A stretch of 64,000 nt of DNA from an uncultured archaeon. GTDB taxonomy: Archaea > Thermoproteota > Nitrososphaeria > Nitrososphaerales > Gagatemarchaeaceae. Under the pieces are notes generated by a model. That model searched no databases, was not told where the DNA came from, and saw only the letters and a list, made by a program, of their open reading frames with translations. How positions within the stretch are numbered: position 1 is the first letter of the stretch; each line of letters starts with the position of its first letter. Below are positions 27,300 to 36,882 of this stretch, piece by piece. The translations under genes and the position numbers were made by a program. The stretch lies in assembly GCA_963817525.1 (NCBI GenBank), contig CAWFOU010000001.1, positions 416,001 through 480,000 on the forward strand, written 5' to 3'.

Positions 27300-28337
27300 C
27301 TAGGTGATGCCGACGAGGTGGGCGAGCTCCCTCCTGCTCGCCGCTCCCAGCTGCTCCGCGGCGAGCTCCGGGGATATCTCGTTGACGAACACTCCCGAGC
27401 CGAGCTCCAGCCCGGAAAAGGTGGAGACGCGCGGATAGACCTCGAAGTGCCAGTGGATTTGCTTCGTCGTCTTCTTCTCCGAGGAGTTGTGGACTACCAG
27501 GTTGAACGCGCAGTCGCCCAGGACCTTGGCCATGCCTCCAAGGGTGGCGCGGAGTATGAGGGCGAGGTCCATGAGCTCCTTCTGGGATAGCTTCAGCATG
27601 CTGGTCTGGTGCCGTTTGGGGTATATCCAGAACTCGTAGGCGTGTGCGGAGGCCCACGGGGCGAAGGCGATGAAGTACTCCGTGGAGAGGATCTGCCTCG
27701 GCCCCCCGGTCTCCGACGCCACCACTTGGCACATGGGGCATATGCCTAGCTCGTTGAGCGAGTTTTGGACGGTGACCGCCTCGGACTCGACCGCCGGCGG
27801 CAGCCTAGGAATCGTGACCATCTGGATGTGGGGGTGGTCGACCGTGGCCCCGGCGAGCTTGCCCTGGTTGATGAATATCGCAACATATCCCACGCCTCTC
27901 TGGGCGTAGAGCCAGCGCGTCTTGTCCTGCAGGGTCGCCAGCACGTTGGTCCACTGGTCGATGTCCAGCTTGGGGAACGTCAGGTCGTGCTTCGGCGTCG
28001 CGACGAGGATGTAGTGGTACCCGACCGCCGGCTCGCTGTAGTGGGGCGCCTCGCCATATGAGGGTGCGGCGTTCGGCGTCACTATGGGGAACTTGTCAGG
28101 GAAGACGCGCACGATCCAGCCGCGGACGGGGTCCCCCTCCGAGTCGGTCTGCTTCACGAGGGTGTCCCCCATCTTCACGACGACGAGGTCAGCCTGCGCG
28201 GTCATCTCCTCGTTGCCCGGGCAGTAGGGGCACTTGGTCCCATGGTCGGAATACGGCTTGAGCTGAGAGCGCGCGCCTCTGTCAGACGTGACGATGGAGA
28301 GCTTGTCGGTAAAGTAATCTTTCCTTATCTCGACCAT
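27300..28337 (-). CDS. galT: Galactose-1-phosphate uridylyltransferase family
   Basis: EIRKD, CPYCPGNE, GATVDHPHIQ (HPH), CPMC, HWHFEVYPR; start at ATG 28337. Confidence 0.85.
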   Translation of the reverse strand: MVEIRKDYFTDKLSIVTSDRGARSQLKPYSDHGTKCPYCPGNEEMTAQADLVVVKMGDTLVKQTDSEGDPVRGWIVRVFPDKFPIVTPNAAPSYGEAPHYSEPAVGYHYILVATPKHDLTFPKLDIDQWTNVLATLQDKTRWLYAQRGVGYVAIFINQGKLAGATVDHPHIQMVTIPRLPPAVESEAVTVQNSLNELGICPMCQVVASETGGPRQILSTEYFIAFAPWASAHAYEFWIYPKRHQTSMLKLSQKELMDLALILRATLGGMAKVLGDCAFNLVVHNSSEKKTTKQIHWHFEVYPRVSTFSGLELGSGVFVNEISPELAAEQLGAASRRELAHLVGIT

Positions 28338-28426
28338 AGGTAGCGCGTGTGTTGTTCGAAACGATATATTACTTCTCCGCACTGCGAGCCCGGGTGCGAC
28401 TTCCGAGGTAGAGATGCCGCTCGGTG

Positions 28427-28795
28427 CTAGTCCATCGAGCGCCGAAGCCCGAGCCTATAGCCCCCGGCGACCGCCAGGCGGATCTCCCTCCCGTCGTGGA
28501 AGAGGTCGAAAGAGACGAGGCCCAGCCCAACGGCTAACACGCCGACGACGGCCCATCCGATCCAAGGGTACAGAAACGCGACGACCATCATCATCACGAA
28601 CGCGGTGATGCCTCCCGCCTGCATGACGGTCCAGCCTGCATCCTCCCCAAGCCATCTCGTGAGGCACCTGGCTACGAAGCTGTCTTCTTCAAAATCAGCG
28701 AGGGGCATCCTCCTATTCAACCTGATCAGCCGGTCGTCAGCGATCGCCAATGCGACCCCAAGGATGGACGCAAGGACGATGGCCAAGTCTACCAT
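28427..28795 (-). CDS. Hypothetical membrane protein
   Basis: Three hydrophobic stretches; no recognised family. Confidence 0.45.
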   Translation of the reverse strand: MVDLAIVLASILGVALAIADDRLIRLNRRMPLADFEEDSFVARCLTRWLGEDAGWTVMQAGGITAFVMMMVVAFLYPWIGWAVVGVLAVGLGLVSFDLFHDGREIRLAVAGGYRLGLRRSMD

Positions 28796-29150
28796 GTGTC
28801 ACGCGTCTCCCAGGCCTCGCGGCGGTCTTTCGCTTCCGTGACAATCGTCGGCATCTCGCTTCGACGTCTTTCGCATGGGGTTGTCGCGCTTTATACCACG
28901 TAGAAGGCAAATCACGTGCCGAAGACATGCAGCCATAACCTCCAGCCAGGCTCTATGTTTTCATAGAGAAATTGCACATTTCTGGGGCTGATTATCCACT
29001 TGTTCTAAACTCGGGGGGTGCGTCTTCCGCGACCTCGAGGAAAAGGCCGTCGTGGGATGAGGCCGCCCAGGCCTCGGGTTCACCCCCCGGCCTAGAAGCA
29101 TGACGACGGCGAGGGCATCCCGAGGCCCAGGCGAAATTCTGCGCGATGGG

Positions 29151-29188
29151 AAAGAAAAAGGATGGAGGATGCCCCCGCAGGGGCACCC
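29151..29188 (-). terminator. GC hairpin plus T tract after PQQ paralogue 2
   Basis: Minus strand gggtgcccc-tgcg-ggggcatcc then tccatcctttttcttt; homologous to the 15154 hairpin. Confidence 0.65.
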
Positions 29189-29206
29189 GCTGTTTTGGTT
29201 GCCTCC

Positions 29207-31651
29207 CTAGGAGGCGGGCTTCCTGCCACGCATGGCAAGATAGCCCGAGACGATGATGAAGATCACGGCGACTGCCGCTACTCCATACAATGCTGTGGAG
29301 CTGACTCCTGTGCTAGACGTCGAGATGACCGTTGTGATTGATGTCGATGTGGCTGTCGTTGCGGAAACGCTGACACTGGTCGTAGTGCTGACGACCGTTG
29401 TGGTGCTAGTGCTGGCGGTGCTTGGCGGTGGAGTCGACAGCGTCAGGGCAACGATGTCTCCTGGCGTTGAGCCCGGACACGTCGATACGGCCTCGAAGCT
29501 GCAAGTCCCTACAGGTAGCAGGATGTACTCCTGCCCGCTGACTGCCGCTCCAATCGACACGCTAACGTCCATGGGTGCGCCGATGTAGTAGTCTCTGATG
29601 AGCGCGCCCGTCAGGGCGTTCACCATCGTGACGTCGCCCGAGGACAGCACATTGTAGACTACATTGCCGCTGACGTCGGTCTGACCGCGGTACCCCTGTA
29701 GCGATGCTACCGGGTAGTGCCAGTTGACGACTCCGGTGTTAGCGTTGATGGACCAGAGTGTGGCGTTGTTGGTGTCCAAGCTGCAGTTGGGACATACGGC
29801 CGCTCCGAACCCAGTCGCAGAGAAGTAGGTTGACGAGTTCAGTCCGGCGTAGCCCGTGTAGAGAGGCACCAAGTGCGAGGTGGCGTAGATTGTATCCGTG
29901 GTCGGGTTGAACGCCTGCTCGTCCTCGAAGCCCGCAAGCGCCGATGGCCACTGGAGATACGGAGGTTGGGAGCCCCTCTCGCACGAGATTGTCCATGTTG
30001 GAGCGCAGTTGGTCACTGCTGTGGGGAAGTCTGCTTCCGTGAAGCTCGCGTTGAGTGGGTTGAATGGGTAGCACAACGGGCACCTACTCGATCCGGGCGA
30101 CTCTACACCCGCTGGTGGGTCCCACGCCCAGATCAAGTTGCCTGTCAAGGCGTTGATCTCGAAGAGGTATCCGTCCTTGCACGTCTTCAGGATGACCTCG
30201 GTGTTGACGCCAGACAGGGTGACGTTGGCCAGTGCTTGGTACCAGGAGCAGTCGTAGTCCCAGTTGTCGTGTGTGGTAGTCTGGAAGCCCCAGACTATCT
30301 GGCCTGTTTCAATGTTGAGTCCGAGGACTGAAGCTGACCAGAGGTCAGGTCCTGGCGTGCAAGGTCCTGCGAACGGGTCCTTGTTGTTCGTCCCTAGGAA
30401 GACCATGCCTGCGGTCTGGCCGGAGCCGACCACCCAAGCGCCGCCCCATGCGGAGCCTGTGGAGCCCGTAGAGCCGCCGCCGTCTATGCTGAGGCACTGC
30501 GAGGTCTGGTCAGACTGTCCCCAGTCGTTGTAAAGGGTTGTGTTGAGTTGTGTCGGTGACAGGCTCTTCCAGTTGACGACGATGTCGTTGTTGTTGTTGA
30601 CGAGCAGGCCTCCTGCCACCTCGGTCGGGGTGGTGTACCCGTTGGTAGAGCCGTTCTCACCAGGGTAGAAGGTCGATGCCGCTGACATGTTGGCGATGAG
30701 CTGCTGGTCGAAGTATGGGTTCAGCGACGCCGTTGGGCTCCCTGGTTGGGGAGGAACGTCGTAGGTGATCCACTTCATAGAGACCGGGTTGGTGTTCAGG
30801 TTCCATCCCGCGAAGAAGCCTCTTCCGTTGTCGGCGTCGATCTCAGCGTCGTGGCCAGACACCAGGATGCCCAGCGTCGGGTTGATGACGATGTTCGAGG
30901 AGCCGATCCCGTTGTAGATGCTCTGCGGGTTGTTGCCGGCGACCATGTTGAGGCCGGTGAAGTCGGAGAAGTTGAGCTCCTCCTTCCCGTTGATAGCGTT
31001 GATTGCATAGACGCGGTTGTTCTCTCCCTGGTACCACAGCGTCGGGCCGGACACGCCGGAGCCGAACGTAGCTGTGGAGAACCACTCGTTGCCGTCGTGG
31101 GTGTGCAGGGGTACAGGTCCTGTGGCCTGTCCTTGGGTCTGGTTGACCGCGAGGGGCGAGAGGAAGGTCCAGAGGACGTCGCCATTGGCGACATTGAAGG
31201 CGATGGTCTGGTCGAAGCTGGTGGTGGCGAATGCGGTGCCGTTGACGATGATGATTGCCATGCCCACGCCCGGAATTCCGCCTGCTGTAAGCGCGCTCAA
31301 CGAGGTCGGAAATGAGGGCAGTGGATAGATCCAAGCTAATCCAAGATACTGGACGTTCGAGCTGTTGATCTGGGTCTGCGGGTTGTAGTCCTGGTTGAAG
31401 GCGTTGCCGTTCGGGAACTCCCAGTTCGCCTCCGCCTGGGTCAGCGCCGGCTGGGCTGCGACTGGTGCCGCGGCCGAGGGCGCTGCCGTGTTGGTGGTGG
31501 CAGCTGCGGGGTTCATGAGCACCGAGGCGCCGATGCCTGAGATGATGAAAAGAAGACTGAGTGCGATTGCGCGGATTGATGTATTGCTTAATGTTTTCTT
31601 AATACTTTTCCTAAATGCTTTCGTTAAATCTTTCGGTAATTCCTTCGTCAT
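29207..31651 (-). CDS. PQQ-dependent dehydrogenase-like beta-propeller protein, secreted, C-terminally anchored (paralogue 2)
   Basis: Closely similar to 12685..15135 throughout (HDNWDYD, GTNN, KDG); start set at the ATG matching paralogue 1. Confidence 0.8.
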   Translation of the reverse strand: MTKELPKDLTKAFRKSIKKTLSNTSIRAIALSLLFIISGIGASVLMNPAAATTNTAAPSAAAPVAAQPALTQAEANWEFPNGNAFNQDYNPQTQINSSNVQYLGLAWIYPLPSFPTSLSALTAGGIPGVGMAIIIVNGTAFATTSFDQTIAFNVANGDVLWTFLSPLAVNQTQGQATGPVPLHTHDGNEWFSTATFGSGVSGPTLWYQGENNRVYAINAINGKEELNFSDFTGLNMVAGNNPQSIYNGIGSSNIVINPTLGILVSGHDAEIDADNGRGFFAGWNLNTNPVSMKWITYDVPPQPGSPTASLNPYFDQQLIANMSAASTFYPGENGSTNGYTTPTEVAGGLLVNNNNDIVVNWKSLSPTQLNTTLYNDWGQSDQTSQCLSIDGGGSTGSTGSAWGGAWVVGSGQTAGMVFLGTNNKDPFAGPCTPGPDLWSASVLGLNIETGQIVWGFQTTTHDNWDYDCSWYQALANVTLSGVNTEVILKTCKDGYLFEINALTGNLIWAWDPPAGVESPGSSRCPLCYPFNPLNASFTEADFPTAVTNCAPTWTISCERGSQPPYLQWPSALAGFEDEQAFNPTTDTIYATSHLVPLYTGYAGLNSSTYFSATGFGAAVCPNCSLDTNNATLWSINANTGVVNWHYPVASLQGYRGQTDVSGNVVYNVLSSGDVTMVNALTGALIRDYYIGAPMDVSVSIGAAVSGQEYILLPVGTCSFEAVSTCPGSTPGDIVALTLSTPPPSTASTSTTTVVSTTTSVSVSATTATSTSITTVISTSSTGVSSTALYGVAAVAVIFIIVSGYLAMRGRKPAS

Positions 31652-31847
31652 CAGCCCCATTTGAATTAACATCCGATATTTAGATATTACATAAATGCAG
31701 AAATTCGTCATCTGCCTAAGCTCGGCGATTATGCAAGGGTCATGCCACTCTTAACGCTTCGGGAATGGCGGGGCTTTTTTTTGGGCTCATGGTCCAAGCG
31801 TTGCTGCTATGGTTATAAGCGTCCGGAGCGCCGTATCTAAGATTTAC

Positions 31848-33977
31848 TTGGTAAATAGCGGGCAGGTCATGGATGCCCTCAGGGGAGTGAAGGACCCCGA
31901 GCTTCACAGGGACGTGGTCTCCCTGGGCATGGTAGAAGACCTCAAGGTCGACGGCGGAACTGTCTCTTTCACGCTGAATCTCACGACTCCGGCCTGCCCT
32001 CTTCGGGCCGAGATGGAGGCCAACGTAAAGGCGGCTGTCACAGCCATACCCGGGGTCGCGGAGGTGAAGATCAAGATGAGCGCCCACATACCCGCGACCC
32101 GCCTTGTGGACCAGAGCGAGGTGATGAAGGGAGTGAAGAACATCATCGCGGTGGCGAGCGGGAAGGGCGGCGTTGGTAAGACCACGGTCGCAGTCAACCT
32201 GGCGGTCAGCCTCGCATCGGCGGGCGCGAGGGTCGGGCTCCTCGACGCCGACATCTACGGGCCGACGGTCCCGGTGATGATGGGCGTGAAAGAGCGGCCG
32301 GGCGCAGTGGGCAACATGATGGTCCCGCCGGCGGCGCATGGGGTGAAGGTAATTTCGTTGGGGTTCTTCTACAAGGACGACACGCCCCTGGTCTGGAGGG
32401 GGCCGATGGTAGCCGGGGCGGTCAAGCAGCTCCTGACCCAGGTCGAGTGGGGCGACCTCGACTATCTTATCGTGGATCTTCCTCCCGGATGCCTCCCTGC
32501 TGGGACGTTCGTCCTAACTGCCTCGAACGTGCCAAAACCCATCGAAGAAATCAAAGTAGGCGAATTCGTGCTGAGCTACGATGGAGAGAAGCTGGTTCCG
32601 AGGCGCGTCCTGGGAGTCATTCCCCAAGGAAAACAGATGGTCTACAAGGTCAGGACCCCGAACAAGACGATTCTTGCGAGCGCGAACCATCCATTCCTGA
32701 AATATTCTAGCAAAGTGCTGTGGAAAAGACTCGATCAATTGAAACCCAGGGACCGCGTGTGGGTGGCGAATTGCGTCCGTGGAGGCCAACCCTTGACCCT
32801 GCCCAAAATCGACCACAATCCGAATTTTGTTCACCTACCTACAGAGACCACCTCCGATTTCATGCAGGTCATCGGCCACTTCCTAGGCGAGGGTTTCATC
32901 AAGATCCAGAAGGGCGGGCGCGAACCTGTAGGACTGAGAATCTGCGAGCCCAGGGGCGGCAAGTTCAGTGCCGCCTACGAGAACCTCTACCAGAGGGTCT
33001 TCGGCTGCAAGACATTCGATGACAACAGCGGGGCCAAATTCGGCATCGCGTCAACGCCTTTGGCGAAGCTCTTCATCGCCCTCGACCTGGACCACAAAGC
33101 CGGAAGGAAGAGGGTTCCAGATTGGATCTTTGGACTGCCTCTAGAGCAGAGGCTCGCGTTCATCAAAGGCTATTCCGAGGCAGACGCGACCATCAGGCAC
33201 AGAGAGCGAACAAAGTCGCTTCCTGACTGGCAAGGGAGATACAGGGTCGTCTCCATAGTCCAAGACACGGTCGCCGTCGAAACTACGAACGAGCCTCTGG
33301 TGCGGCAGATGCACGAGCTTTGCGCGATGAGCGGCCTGCGCGCCAGCAACGTGCTGGAATCTTTCGACGAGGTCGTCAAACTGCCTGAAGGGCGTGAGAT
33401 CCACGACGTGAGGTCGTTTTCCTTCCAGCACTCGCTGAAACCGGATACTGCGCCTTTCAAGCTCGCGAGGATAACCTCGATAGAGCCAGTCGGAGAGATG
33501 CAGACCTTCGATCTGCAAGTAGATGAGCATGAAAACTTTGTTGCCAACGGATTCTTGGTGCACAACACCGGGGACGCGTCGCTCACGCTGGCGCAGACGG
33601 TCCCGTTGGGCGGGGTCGTGATAGTGACGACACCCCAGGAGGCCTCCTTGAACATCGCCACAAAGGCGCTAGCGATGTTCAAGAAGCTGAACGTCCCAAT
33701 ATTGGGCATAGTGGAGAACATGAGCTACTTCACGTGCCCGCACTGCGGCGAAAAGACCTACATCTTCTCCGAGGGCGGGGGGAAGAGGGCGGCGAAGGCC
33801 CTCGACGCGCAGTTTCTCGGCGAGATACCGATCTATCCCCTCATTCGGGAGCAGTCCGACGTAGGCGTCCCAGTCTCATCGGCGGCGCCCGACTCACCCG
33901 AGAGCGCGGCGTTCAAGGACATCGCGTTCAGGGTGGCCGGGATGGTAAGCATCGTCGCGTACGAGAACTCAAAATAG
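31848..33977 (+). CDS. mrp: Mrp/NBP35 (ApbC) Fe-S cluster carrier ATPase, intein-containing
   Basis: N-terminal DUF59-like DPEL..TTPACP, SGKGGVGKTT, DADIYGP, WRGP, DLPPG|TGD, ENMS..CPHC; TTG start just after TATA-like ggttataag. Confidence 0.9.
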   Translation: MVNSGQVMDALRGVKDPELHRDVVSLGMVEDLKVDGGTVSFTLNLTTPACPLRAEMEANVKAAVTAIPGVAEVKIKMSAHIPATRLVDQSEVMKGVKNIIAVASGKGGVGKTTVAVNLAVSLASAGARVGLLDADIYGPTVPVMMGVKERPGAVGNMMVPPAAHGVKVISLGFFYKDDTPLVWRGPMVAGAVKQLLTQVEWGDLDYLIVDLPPGCLPAGTFVLTASNVPKPIEEIKVGEFVLSYDGEKLVPRRVLGVIPQGKQMVYKVRTPNKTILASANHPFLKYSSKVLWKRLDQLKPRDRVWVANCVRGGQPLTLPKIDHNPNFVHLPTETTSDFMQVIGHFLGEGFIKIQKGGREPVGLRICEPRGGKFSAAYENLYQRVFGCKTFDDNSGAKFGIASTPLAKLFIALDLDHKAGRKRVPDWIFGLPLEQRLAFIKGYSEADATIRHRERTKSLPDWQGRYRVVSIVQDTVAVETTNEPLVRQMHELCAMSGLRASNVLESFDEVVKLPEGREIHDVRSFSFQHSLKPDTAPFKLARITSIEPVGEMQTFDLQVDEHENFVANGFLVHNTGDASLTLAQTVPLGGVVIVTTPQEASLNIATKALAMFKKLNVPILGIVENMSYFTCPHCGEKTYIFSEGGGKRAAKALDAQFLGEIPIYPLIREQSDVGVPVSSAAPDSPESAAFKDIAFRVAGMVSIVAYENSK
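32490..33566 (+). mobile_element. Intein (359 aa) with LAGLIDADG homing endonuclease in mrp
   Basis: Begins CLPAGTFV..PIEEIKVG, block B ASANHPF, LAGLIDADG-like IGHFLGEG and IKGYSEADA, ends FDLQV..NFVANGFLVHN with +1 Thr. Confidence 0.92.
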
Positions 33978-34086
33978 GGTTGTCCGACCGGCTTCTCGAA
34001 CGCGACGCGAAAAAGAAGAAGGCAAAGAAGAGGCGGAGGCCGCCCTATCGCAAGTCGTGGTCTCCCACGCGCTAGGGTGCGCGCTC

Positions 34087-34563
34087 TCAGGCGCCTCTGG
34101 CAAGGTGGAGTACGTGCGGCACCTCTCCCAAGAACAGTTCAAGGGCGGTCCTCACCCCGTCGGGAGAGCCGGGAAGGCACATGACCACCTTCCCTCGACT
34201 GACGCCGGCCGTTGCGCGCGACAGAGCGGCGGCCGCCCCTATCTTCTGGAAACTGACGAACCGGAATATCTCGCCGAACCCCTCGATCTCTTTCTCGAAG
34301 ATAGGCCTGACCGTCTCTATCGTGAGGTCGGTCTTCGAGACCCCCGTGCCCCCGGTTAGCACTATCACGTCCACGTCCGCCTGCCTGAGGGCTCTGGACA
34401 CGGCGCTCCGCAACATCTTCGCGTCGTCGGGCACCAGGCCCCTTCGCACGACCTTGCTCCCCGCGCGCTCGACGAGCCCTTGAGCGAGGTCGCCCGACTC
34501 GTCGCTCACAGGGTCCTTCTGCTTCGCCTGCCCCCTGTACCTGGTCGTGCTCACGGTGATCAC
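34087..34563 (-). CDS. moaB: Molybdenum cofactor biosynthesis protein MoaB/Mog
   Basis: ITVS, DESG, VPDD, TGGTG..DLTIE, GFGEIFR, LPGSP; 5' end uncertain. Confidence 0.9.
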   Translation of the reverse strand: MITVSTTRYRGQAKQKDPVSDESGDLAQGLVERAGSKVVRRGLVPDDAKMLRSAVSRALRQADVDVIVLTGGTGVSKTDLTIETVRPIFEKEIEGFGEIFRFVSFQKIGAAAALSRATAGVSRGKVVMCLPGSPDGVRTALELFLGEVPHVLHLARGA

Positions 34564-34606
34564 CGCGTAGCGCAGAGTGCGCTTCGGCGCGTCGTGCCTG
34601 TGGGCT

Positions 34607-35056
34607 TCAGGAGCGCCCGCTTCTCTTCACCTTCTCCACGACGCGGACCCCCTCGACCGTCGTCGAAGGGTACTGCCCTCCGGCGTCCTTCTCGTACGCC
34701 TTCACCACGTCCCAGATGTTGAGGAGCGCGACGCTCACCCCGGTCAGCGCCTCCATCTCCACGCCGGTCTTCTCGTGGGCAGAGACGGTGACCGAGACGA
34801 CTATGGAGTCTTCGAGAACGGTCTCGGTAACCTCGACGTGCTCGATGCGGAGGGGGTGGCACAGGGCTAGCAGATCGGGAGTCTTCTTGACCGCAAGGAT
34901 GGCCATCGTCTTGGAGATGGCGAGTGGGTCGCCCTTCTCGAGCTCCCCGTCCCTGATCCGCTCGAGGGTCTTGGGCTTCAACATGATCCTTCCCGTCGCC
35001 GTGGCCTCCCTGAATACCACCGGCTTGTCCGAGATGTCGGCCTGCCTGACGCTCAT
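34607..35056 (-). CDS. moaC: Cyclic pyranopterin monophosphate synthase
   Basis: DISDK..REATA, KGD, AVKKT..LCHPL, KTGVEMEAL, IWDVVKA. Confidence 0.93.
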   Translation of the reverse strand: MSVRQADISDKPVVFREATATGRIMLKPKTLERIRDGELEKGDPLAISKTMAILAVKKTPDLLALCHPLRIEHVEVTETVLEDSIVVSVTVSAHEKTGVEMEALTGVSVALLNIWDVVKAYEKDAGGQYPSTTVEGVRVVEKVKRSGRS

Positions 35057-35120
35057 TGGAATGGTCGGCAGCCGGCCCCCGCGGGATTTAGGTCTTCTTC
35101 GGGCGGACGAAGCGGCGGCG

Positions 35121-35432
35121 TCAGAACTTTCTCGTGTCGATGCCGGTCTTGACGAATTTCGTCCCGCTCCGGGTCATCCCGCGTCCTCCTTGTCGGCGCT
35201 TCTGCTCGCTCGAGGCTTTCTCAGGGTTCGCCACTGACTTGGCATGGCACGCGGGGCACAGGGCCTGGAAGCTCGCAGCGCTCGGAGGGCTTTTGGACAG
35301 AGTGTTCACCGGCTCGAAATGGGCCGGGGCCCTGCCCACCGGCTCCAGGTCGGTCTGGCACTGGCTGCACGCGAAAGCATGTCGTCTAAGGATCTCGTTC
35401 TTCTGGGAAGAACTCAGAGGAGCTTGCTGCAT
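35121..35432 (-). CDS. Small HNH-like zinc-finger protein (degenerate)
   Basis: ILRRHAFACSQC...ALCPACH, HNH-like spacing. Confidence 0.5.
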   Translation of the reverse strand: MQQAPLSSSQKNEILRRHAFACSQCQTDLEPVGRAPAHFEPVNTLSKSPPSAASFQALCPACHAKSVANPEKASSEQKRRQGGRGMTRSGTKFVKTGIDTRKF

Positions 35433-35471
35433 AGCCCGGACACGAGCGCGCGGCTGATAAGTCGTGCGGTA

Positions 35472-36881
35472 TCAGTTTCTGCGGATCCTCTGGGCGAGGA
35501 GCTTGGCCACCACTCCCGGCTGGGCGTTGGGCTCCTCCTTCAACACCTGCCCGACGAGGTAGCTGAATGCCTTCTTGTCCGCCCGTGCTTCCGCGAGGGC
35601 CTCCGGCCTCGCCTTGAGCACCTTGTCGATGAGGGAGGCGATAGCCCCCTCGTCGGCGACGGCGGAGAGGTTCCTCTGCTGCACGACCTGGCGCGCCGGC
35701 CTGCCCGTCTTCATCGCCTCGCGCAAGGCCTCCTTGGCTTGAGCCCTCGTGATGGAGCCCGAATCCACCATCTTCGCCAGCTCCACAAAGTCCTCTGGCG
35801 TCACCCTGGCAGACCCGGGGGGCACCTCGCCCGAAAGCTCTCCGACGATGAGGCCCGCCATCTCCTGATATCCGTCGTAGAGCTCGGCGCACCTGTCGAA
35901 GAAGGCCGAGAGTTCCTTGCTCGCCGCGAGCTCCTTCGCGAGCTGGGGTGAGAGCCCGAACTCCCTGGCGTACCGGGCCGCCTTGGCGTCGGCGACCTCT
36001 GGCATGGCACCCCGGATCTTGGCTATGGCCTCGGGCGGAAGGACTATCGGCCGGAGGTCGGGCTCGGGGAAGTAGCGGTAGTCCTGCTCCTCCTCCTTGG
36101 AGCGCATTGCTATCGTGATGCTCCGCCGCTCGTCCCAGTGCCTCGTCTCGCTCGTCGCGTTCCCGGAGAACGTCCTCTGCCGGAGTATCTCGTAGTTCAG
36201 GGCCTTCTCCACCTCCTTGAAAGAGGAGATGTTCTTGACCTCGACCCTCGCCCCTCCCGCGAGGGATATGTTCGCGTCGCACCTCATTGCCCCGTCCAGC
36301 TCCCCGTTAGAGACGCCCAGGGACTCGATCGTGGAGCGCAGCTTCTCGAGGAACATCTTGGCCTCCCGGGCGTCCACGATGTCCGGCTCGGTCACGATCT
36401 CGACCAGGGCGATTCCAGCCCGGTTGTAGTCCACGAGGCTGTAGGTCGACTTGTCGATTGTCCCCTCGTAGGTGAGCTTTCCTGGGTCCTCCTCTAGCTG
36501 GATCCTCGTTATGCGCACCCTCTTTCCCTCGACGTCGACGAACCCCCCCGAGGCTATGGGGATCCCGCCTGCCTTGTCGTATTGGCTGATCTGGAAGCCC
36601 TTGGGGAGGTCAGGATAGAAGTAGTTCTTCCTGTAGAAGACGGAGCGCTCCGCGACCGTGCAGTTCAGAGCTAGGGCTATCATCGTGGCGTACTCGACGG
36701 CCTTGGAGTTCAAGACTGGCAGGGTCCCCGGCAGGCCAAAGCAGACCTGACAGACCTTCTCGTTAGGCTCGCTCTCTCGATAGTCCGAGGAGCACGAACA
36801 GAAGAGCTTGGTCTTCAGGGCGGTGAGCTGGCAGTGGACTTCCAGCCCTATCTTCACCTTCGCCGTAGGCTCCGCCTGCAA
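35472..36881 (-). CDS. gatB: Asp/Glu-tRNA amidotransferase subunit B
   Basis: IGLEVHCQL, RKNYFYPDLPKGFQISQY, LEEDPGK, DYNRAG, YRYFPEPDL. Confidence 0.96.
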   Translation of the reverse strand: MQAEPTAKVKIGLEVHCQLTALKTKLFCSCSSDYRESEPNEKVCQVCFGLPGTLPVLNSKAVEYATMIALALNCTVAERSVFYRKNYFYPDLPKGFQISQYDKAGGIPIASGGFVDVEGKRVRITRIQLEEDPGKLTYEGTIDKSTYSLVDYNRAGIALVEIVTEPDIVDAREAKMFLEKLRSTIESLGVSNGELDGAMRCDANISLAGGARVEVKNISSFKEVEKALNYEILRQRTFSGNATSETRHWDERRSITIAMRSKEEEQDYRYFPEPDLRPIVLPPEAIAKIRGAMPEVADAKAARYAREFGLSPQLAKELAASKELSAFFDRCAELYDGYQEMAGLIVGELSGEVPPGSARVTPEDFVELAKMVDSGSITRAQAKEALREAMKTGRPARQVVQQRNLSAVADEGAIASLIDKVLKARPEALAEARADKKAFSYLVGQVLKEEPNAQPGVVAKLLAQRIRRN

Positions 36882-36882
36882 C

